From NCBI GenBank assembly GCA_903864185.1, contig CAIPEX010000009.1:44281-108280 (forward strand): a DNA stretch of 64,000 nucleotides, written 5' to 3'. Shown in pieces: positions 58,857 to 64,000 of the stretch (positions are counted from its first letter, which is position 1; every line of letters starts with the position of its first letter). The stretch is from an uncultured Chloroflexota bacterium (GTDB taxonomy: Bacteria > Chloroflexota > Limnocylindria > Limnocylindrales > Limnocylindraceae). The position numbers and the translations under genes are program-made. The notes under the pieces were generated by a model that was given only the letters and a program-made list of their open reading frames with translations, was not told where the DNA came from and made no database searches.

Positions 58857-60410
58857 ATGACGCGAACAGGGAGCGAGATCGGTCTCGGCATAAGCCCAGC
58901 ACGTACAGCCAAGACCCTTAGTGCTGCAGATCGACTCCATGTTGTTGGCGTTGGTGGGGTGGCAGCGATGGGCGCTGCGCTTCATGCTGCCGCACTCGGC
59001 GTGCACGTGACCGGGGTTGATGACCGGCTGAGCCCCAGCGCAGAGAGGATTCTCCGCGATGCCGGAGTTGTGCTCGTGGATGGCAGTGACGTGTCGCCCT
59101 TGAAAACAGCAACGAGCCTTGCGGTCTCAAAGGCAGTTACGAGCATTCGCCCCGACCACCCACAACTTGAGGCTGCGCGTGCAGCTGGCGTGCCAATCAT
59201 CAGCGTGCAGCAGGTGATCGCCGACGCAGCGGCCACCTATGGTGGACCACTGCTGGCAGTTGCAGGCACACATGGGAAGACAACCTCTACCGGCTGGCTG
59301 CTTGAGCTTCTGCGTGCATCTGGAGTTAATCCCGCCGCATTTATCGGCGGTCCGCTACCAGAGGGGACCGGGACGCCACCTGGCTCGCCTGTCCACCTTG
59401 GTGATAGCCCGGGATTTATCGTTGAGGCTGATGAATATGCTGGCAACTTTGACGCGTACGCAGCAGACTGCGCACTCATCCTGAATGTTGACTGGGATCA
59501 TCCGGACGTGTTCCGCGATCGACGCGCCGTCATTGAGGAGTTCATCCGCTGGTCGAGGCCCACACTCAGTCGCACGGGTCTCGTGGTAAATGTGGGTGAT
59601 AGCGGCGGCGCAGATCTCGCAGCAGCAATCCTCAAGACAGAGCTGCCTGGCGCAACAGCACTGCCACTCTTCACGTATGAGCTGAGAGGGGAGGGGGGCA
59701 CCGAAACCGGTCGCGTGGCGGATGTCACCGCAACGCTGCGCACCCTGCCGCGAGGAGGTGTCGCCCTTGCAGATGTGCGACTGAGCCCACGCGCCCTTGT
59801 TGGCCTTGCAGCGCTTGCAGAACTCGCAGGCGAAGAGCTTGCCATCGGTATCCGCGGTGCGCACAATGCTGCAAATGCACTCGGCGTTGCTGCGCTGGCT
59901 AGCCTTGCAGGTGCAACGAGTGCTGGGATTCGCCAAGGGCTCGCGTCATTTACTGGGGTTGGACGTCGCCTTGAGGTGTTGTACGAGCGGGACGGTCGAG
60001 TGGTGATCGATGACTATGGTCACCATCCGGCAGCTATCGACGCCACGCTCGCAACGGTTCGGGCGATCTACCCAAACCGGACGCTCTGGCTGGCGTACGA
60101 GCCGTTGACCTACCACCGCACCGCCTCACTTTTAGAGCCACTCGCAGCCTCGTGCGCGGCCGCTGACCGCGTCTTTGTTGCGGAGATCCATGCCTCCCGG
60201 GACCCAGACCTGAGCATCGCGAGCTCGCTCGGCCTGGCCGAAGCGATCGTTAGACGGGGAGGGCGGGCCGAGGCGCCTGGTGCCGTCGAGGCGACTGCGA
60301 CAGCCCTTCTAGCCGCTGCCCCCGCCGACGTTGTCGTTCTCGTTATGGGCGGCGGGAGGTCCACCGAGATGGCGCGCCTCATCGCCGATGGATTCTCCAC
60401 GAGGGCCTAG
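58857..60410 (+). CDS. Mur ligase family protein (MurC/Mpl-like UDP-N-acetylmuramate ligase), stand-alone
   Basis: GTHGKTTSTG (P-loop), ...IVEADEYAGNFD... and DDYGHHPAAI motifs of the Mur ligase central and C-terminal domains. Not embedded in a dcw cluster. Confidence 0.72.
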   Translation: MTRTGSEIGLGISPARTAKTLSAADRLHVVGVGGVAAMGAALHAAALGVHVTGVDDRLSPSAERILRDAGVVLVDGSDVSPLKTATSLAVSKAVTSIRPDHPQLEAARAAGVPIISVQQVIADAAATYGGPLLAVAGTHGKTTSTGWLLELLRASGVNPAAFIGGPLPEGTGTPPGSPVHLGDSPGFIVEADEYAGNFDAYAADCALILNVDWDHPDVFRDRRAVIEEFIRWSRPTLSRTGLVVNVGDSGGADLAAAILKTELPGATALPLFTYELRGEGGTETGRVADVTATLRTLPRGGVALADVRLSPRALVGLAALAELAGEELAIGIRGAHNAANALGVAALASLAGATSAGIRQGLASFTGVGRRLEVLYERDGRVVIDDYGHHPAAIDATLATVRAIYPNRTLWLAYEPLTYHRTASLLEPLAASCAAADRVFVAEIHASRDPDLSIASSLGLAEAIVRRGGRAEAPGAVEATATALLAAAPADVVVLVMGGGRSTEMARLIADGFSTRA

Positions 60411-60520
60411 CGTCTTTGCGCAGCGCACAGAGCACGGCGGGAGACGCGGGTGATCCGAGCACATGTACGCTCGTGCTGCTCTTCACATAACTATCATTAT
60501 CGGAAGCAACGTAACAGGCG

Positions 60521-61828
60521 CTAGAGCACTCTCCCGATCGATCTGCGCTTCAGCTTCTTGAGTTCGCTTGCCACCTCGGCTGGTGCGAAGCCGGTGATGC
60601 GGAGCATTGCATCGCCATAGACCAGTTGGAAGCCGTAGCGTGCCCGAAGTGCTTCGACCTCTCCGACGACGTGATACGGGAGTTCTAGGTCTACCGGGCT
60701 CCCCTGCCGTTGCAGCTCCCCCTCCAGGCGCTCTAGGAGGCGTTCCACGCCGAGCCCGGTCACCGCGGAGACCAGGAGTGCACCTTCGATGGCGAGGCCT
60801 GCCTGGGACGCCCGGTCGACCTTGTTGGCCACGACGAGCCTCGGCTTGCCTGCGGCGCCGAGCTCCTCCAACACCTCTTGGACGGTGGCGCGGTGCTCTA
60901 GCCAGTGGGGATCGCTTGCGTCGACAACCTCAAGGAGCAGATCGGCGCGGGAGACCTCCTCGAGCGTGGCGCGGAACGCATCAACCAGCTGGTGGGGCAA
61001 CTTATGGATGAAGCCGACCGTGTCCGTAACGATGGCCTGTGCGCCGCTCGGCAGTCGAACGCGGCGACTCGTTGGATCGAGCGTGGCGAAGAGGCGGTCC
61101 TCAGCAAGGACCTCCTCACTGCCGACGAGACTGTTCAGCAGGGTAGATTTTCCGGCGTTTGTGTAACCGACGATTGCAACTGTCGGAGCACTGCCAGCGG
61201 TACGACTGCGCGCACCAGTCTCTCGGTTTCTTCGCACCTGCTCCACGCGTGCCTTCATGGCTGAGATCCGATCACGGATGAGTCGTCGGTCGGTCTCCAA
61301 CTGCGACTCTCCTGGGCCACGTGTGCCGATGCCACCACCTGTACGCGAAAGATGTGTCCAGAGGCGCGTAAGTCGCGGTAGCTGGTACTCAAGCTGGGCA
61401 AGCTCAACCTGAAGGCGTCCCTCGTGCGTTCGCGCATGGAGCGCGAAGATGTCTAGGATCAATCGACTGCGATCAATGACCTTGACATTGAGCACCTCCT
61501 CGAGGCCGCGCTGTTGCGTTGGCGAGAGCTCGTCGTCAGCGATCAAGAGTGTGAAACCGGTCTCAAGCTTTGCCGCAAGGAGCTCCCTCGCCTTTCCCGC
61601 ACCGATATAGGTGTCGGGATCCGGGTGCCGCCGCTGCTGCCACTCTGCGCCAACAACTTCTGCGCCCGCCGTGCGCGCTAGGCTCGCGAGTTCCTCAAGG
61701 GAGTCTTGTGCCGGCCAGCCGTGGTTCTCCTGACCTTCAACGGCGATAAGAAACGCACGCTCTTGCGGCGGCGCCAGGTCAATGATGTGACGCCCGTGAG
61801 GCTTAACTGGCTTCTCCTCGAGGTTCAT
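60521..61828 (-). CDS. hflX: GTPase HflX
   Basis: HflX N-terminal domain (...LIADDELSPTQQRGLEEVLNVKVIDRSRLILDIFALHARTHEGRLQVELAQLEY) and G domain (VAIVGYTNAGKSTLLN, DTVGF, NKVD). Confidence 0.9.
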   Translation of the reverse strand: MNLEEKPVKPHGRHIIDLAPPQERAFLIAVEGQENHGWPAQDSLEELASLARTAGAEVVGAEWQQRRHPDPDTYIGAGKARELLAAKLETGFTLLIADDELSPTQQRGLEEVLNVKVIDRSRLILDIFALHARTHEGRLQVELAQLEYQLPRLTRLWTHLSRTGGGIGTRGPGESQLETDRRLIRDRISAMKARVEQVRRNRETGARSRTAGSAPTVAIVGYTNAGKSTLLNSLVGSEEVLAEDRLFATLDPTSRRVRLPSGAQAIVTDTVGFIHKLPHQLVDAFRATLEEVSRADLLLEVVDASDPHWLEHRATVQEVLEELGAAGKPRLVVANKVDRASQAGLAIEGALLVSAVTGLGVERLLERLEGELQRQGSPVDLELPYHVVGEVEALRARYGFQLVYGDAMLRITGFAPAEVASELKKLKRRSIGRVL

Positions 61829-62772
61829 CGTCCTCCCTCTACGAGCTCCAACGCGAACGTCAGGAGTGCTGCTGGTGTCGCGGCGTCGTGCGGATCGAGT
61901 GTGGCATTGAGCGTCTCCTTGCGATACCAGGTGCGCTGCCTACGAGCATACGCCCAGGTTCGTGTTGCAGCGGTAGAGCGCGCTTGGGTCTCGTTAAGTG
62001 TGCCGGCTGCTAGTGCCAGCGCCTCTGCGTAGCCGATACCGCTCAGCGCCGGCGTCTCCTGTGGGAGCGACTCGGCAAGGATCTGCGCCTCGCGCATAAG
62101 GCCCGCGGCGAACTGGCGATCGATACGTGCACTGAGCGCAGTGCGATATGCGACGAGGTCCGGGGCATCAAGCAGGACGAAGCGCGTCGCTGCCGACCAC
62201 GGACTCTCCTCTTCAGTGGTTGGATCTCCGCCAAGCATCGTGATCTCGAGGGTGCGGATGAGCCTTCTGCTGCTGGCAGCCGCTACTGCATGCGCGGCAG
62301 CGGGGTGAAGTGCTGCAAGCTGCGCATCGAGTGGCGCACGCCCATCTGACGCAAGCTCCCCTTCGAGCCGTGCGCGTAGTTCCGGATCGGCTGGTCGAGC
62401 ACCGCCACGCAAGAAGCCACGGAGCAGCGCCCGCTGATAGAGGCCTGTGCCGCCAACCACAATGCCGATCCCCTGCGCTACTGACAACTCCCTGCGCGCA
62501 TCTTCGAGCCAGTCGTAGAGCGTAAACGGTGCACGTGCGTCGGCAATATCGATCCCTGCATGGCGACGATGGGCGCGAATCTCGGCTGAAACCTTATCCG
62601 TACCGATATCGAAACCCCGAAACACCTGGCGAGAGTCGGCCGAGAGGATGAGCGATGGGATACCGCGTGCCTCAAGGCTCTCCGACAGGTTGATCGCGGC
62701 TGCACTCTTGCCGACCCCTGTGGGCCCGCCGATAACGAGAAGCGGGATCTCGCTACTACCGGGCGTAGTCAA
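61825..62772 (-). CDS. miaA: tRNA dimethylallyltransferase MiaA
   Basis: LLVIGGPTGVGKSAAAI P-loop and ...IVVGGTGLY. Confidence 0.9.
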   Translation of the reverse strand: MTTPGSSEIPLLVIGGPTGVGKSAAAINLSESLEARGIPSLILSADSRQVFRGFDIGTDKVSAEIRAHRRHAGIDIADARAPFTLYDWLEDARRELSVAQGIGIVVGGTGLYQRALLRGFLRGGARPADPELRARLEGELASDGRAPLDAQLAALHPAAAHAVAAASSRRLIRTLEITMLGGDPTTEEESPWSAATRFVLLDAPDLVAYRTALSARIDRQFAAGLMREAQILAESLPQETPALSGIGYAEALALAAGTLNETQARSTAATRTWAYARRQRTWYRKETLNATLDPHDAATPAALLTFALELVEGGR

Positions 62773-64000
62773 CCGCCCGAGTCTCGCGGATCACCGTCAC
62801 GCGAATCTGGCCAGGATACGAGAGCTGCTCTTCGATGCGCTTCACCACATCGCGCGCAATGGTGCGTGCAGTTGCATCGTCAACCTGCTCTGGTCGGACA
62901 AGGATGCGCACCTCGCGTCCAGCCTGCACCGCATAGACCTTCTCGACCCCTTCGAACGACATGGCGATGTTCTGAAGATCTTCGAGTCGGCGCAGATGGG
63001 ACTCGGCCTGATCGCCTCGTGCGCCTGGCCGTGCCGCACTAATTGCGTCTGCGACCTGCACGATCGGTGCCTCGCGTGCCGTGCACTCCACCTCCTGGTG
63101 GTGGGCAGCAATCGCGTTGACGATCGCCTCTGGCATGCCGTGCCGTCGCGCGAGGTCGGCGCCGATCGCAGCGTGCGTCCCTTCAATCTCGTGGCTCAGC
63201 GCCTTGCCCACGTCATGGAGTAGACCTCCGACCTTTGCAGCGCGGATGTCCATCCCGAGCTCTCCAGCAATTGCACCGGCCACCTGGGCCGTCTCAACTG
63301 AGTGCTGGAGCACGTTCTGTCCGTACGATGTGCGCCACTCGAGGCGACCAAGGATGCGAAGGAGCTCGGTTGGAATGCCCGTGACGCCGACCTCAAGTGC
63401 GGCGCCTTCGCCGTTCTTGAGCGCAGCCTGATCAACCTCTCCCTGCACCTTCTGCACGATCTCTTCAATCCGAACGGGGTGGATGCGTCCATCCTGCATG
63501 AGCCGCTCAATGGTGATGCGGGCAACCTGCCGGCGAACGGGATCGAACGACGAAAGTGTCACCTGCATCGGTGTCTCATCGACGAGGAGCTCCACTCCGG
63601 TTGCGTGCTCAATCGCACGGATGTTGCGCCCTTCACGGCCGATGAGTCGACCCTTCATCTCTTCGCTTGGAAGCTTGATATGCGTAACGGCGTGCTCCGC
63701 ACTGTGGTCTGCGGCGACGCGCTGCATCGCCGTCAGGATCATGTCACGTGCGCGGTCGGCAGCCGACTCTTCCGCGCGGCGCTCTAGCGCCGCCTGGAGA
63801 CGCCCAGCCTCGGATTCTGCATCCACGGTGATCCGCGCAAGCACCTCGGTGCGTGCCGCCTCTGGATCGAGCCCCGCCACCTCTGCGAGTCGGCTGGTCA
63901 CACTGGCCTTAGCAGCAGCAAGCACGGCAGCCTCTTCAAAGGACGCGCGCTCGCGCTCCGCGATGCTCGCTTCGCGCTGCACGAAGAATGTTTCGCGCTC
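62756..64000 (-). CDS. rny: ribonuclease Y (KH + HD domains), N-terminus beyond window edge
   Basis: KH domain (LIGREGRNIRAIE) and HD domain (LLHDVGKA...HH) with the RNase Y C-terminus. The reading frame remains open to the window end. Confidence 0.85.
   Translation of the reverse strand, partial: ERETFFVQREASIAERERASFEEAAVLAAAKASVTSRLAEVAGLDPEAARTEVLARITVDAESEAGRLQAALERRAEESAADRARDMILTAMQRVAADHSAEHAVTHIKLPSEEMKGRLIGREGRNIRAIEHATGVELLVDETPMQVTLSSFDPVRRQVARITIERLMQDGRIHPVRIEEIVQKVQGEVDQAALKNGEGAALEVGVTGIPTELLRILGRLEWRTSYGQNVLQHSVETAQVAGAIAGELGMDIRAAKVGGLLHDVGKALSHEIEGTHAAIGADLARRHGMPEAIVNAIAAHHQEVECTAREAPIVQVADAISAARPGARGDQAESHLRRLEDLQNIAMSFEGVEKVYAVQAGREVRILVRPEQVDDATARTIARDVVKRIEEQLSYPGQIRVTVIRETRAVDYAR

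Noticed and set aside
1-64000. Search for tRNA, tmRNA, SRP RNA, RNase P RNA or rRNA genes.
   Set aside because: Intergenic space is nearly nil. Only five spacers exceed 100 bp, and none shows a tRNA-like cloverleaf or a GGTTCGAATCC T-loop. I cannot exclude small RNAs antisense to, or embedded in, coding regions without a covariance-model search.

Overview
The window is high-GC (about 65-70%) and packed almost end to end with core translation, replication and RNA-metabolism genes. Many adjacent genes overlap by 4 nt or 8 nt (ATGA, GTGA, ATGnnTGA).

Gene order, 5' to 3':
- rpsF'(partial)-ssb-rpsR-ilvE
- LCP(-)
- ileS(type 2)-lspA-rluD-gmk-priA-def-fmt-rlmN-rpe
- rpmB(-)
- yloV-recG-rsmD-coaD-yceD-rpmF-plsX-nusB-acpP-rnc-smc-ftsY
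- MFS(-)
- ffh-rpsP-KH-rimM-trmD-rplS-rnhB-yraN
- rpsB-tsf-pyrH-frr-uppS-cdsA-dxr-rseP-ispG
- nusA-ylxR-infB-rbfA-nrnA-truB-ribF-rpsO-pnp-udg4-rnj-ftsK-rodZ-like-yajQ-mur ligase
- hflX(-)-miaA(-)-rny(-, partial)

This synteny combines actinobacterial blocks (type-2 IleS, dxr-rseP-ispG, rbfA-nrnA-truB, rnhB-yraN) with Gram-positive blocks (priA-def-fmt-rlmN-rpe / rpmB / yloV-recG; plsX...acpP-rnc-smc-ftsY). RNase Y and RNase J are also present. As an inference, this looks like a deep-branching, possibly thermophilic, high-GC Gram-positive-type lineage. No mobile elements, CRISPR arrays, tRNAs or defence islands were found.

The outstanding feature is the pnp gene (49791..52385, 864 aa). It is a complete polynucleotide phosphorylase carrying an inserted DnaQ-like DEDDh 3'-5' exonuclease domain of about 160 aa, with all five catalytic residues intact, in place of most of the usual alpha-helical linker domain. 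To my knowledge this fuses a phosphorolytic and a hydrolytic 3'-5' exonuclease in one polypeptide and is not a described PNPase architecture.

Secondary observations:
- nusB sits between plsX and acpP where fab genes normally are, and is coupled to acpP.
- A Shine-Dalgarno-led 14-codon uORF ends in the GTG start of yloV.
- The nusA leader has an extended -10 plus an intrinsic terminator, and there is no rimP.
- Two hairpins lie in the rpsO-pnp spacer.
- S16 and L19 both carry acidic Ala/Pro/Glu/Val-rich C-terminal tails.
- An MFS transporter is wedged between ftsY and ffh, only 22 bp from the ffh start.
- RimM-like coding potential extends upstream of its only available start codon.

Caveat: at two line boundaries my nucleotide-level reading disagreed by one base with the supplied ORF track. 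I trusted the track for coordinates.
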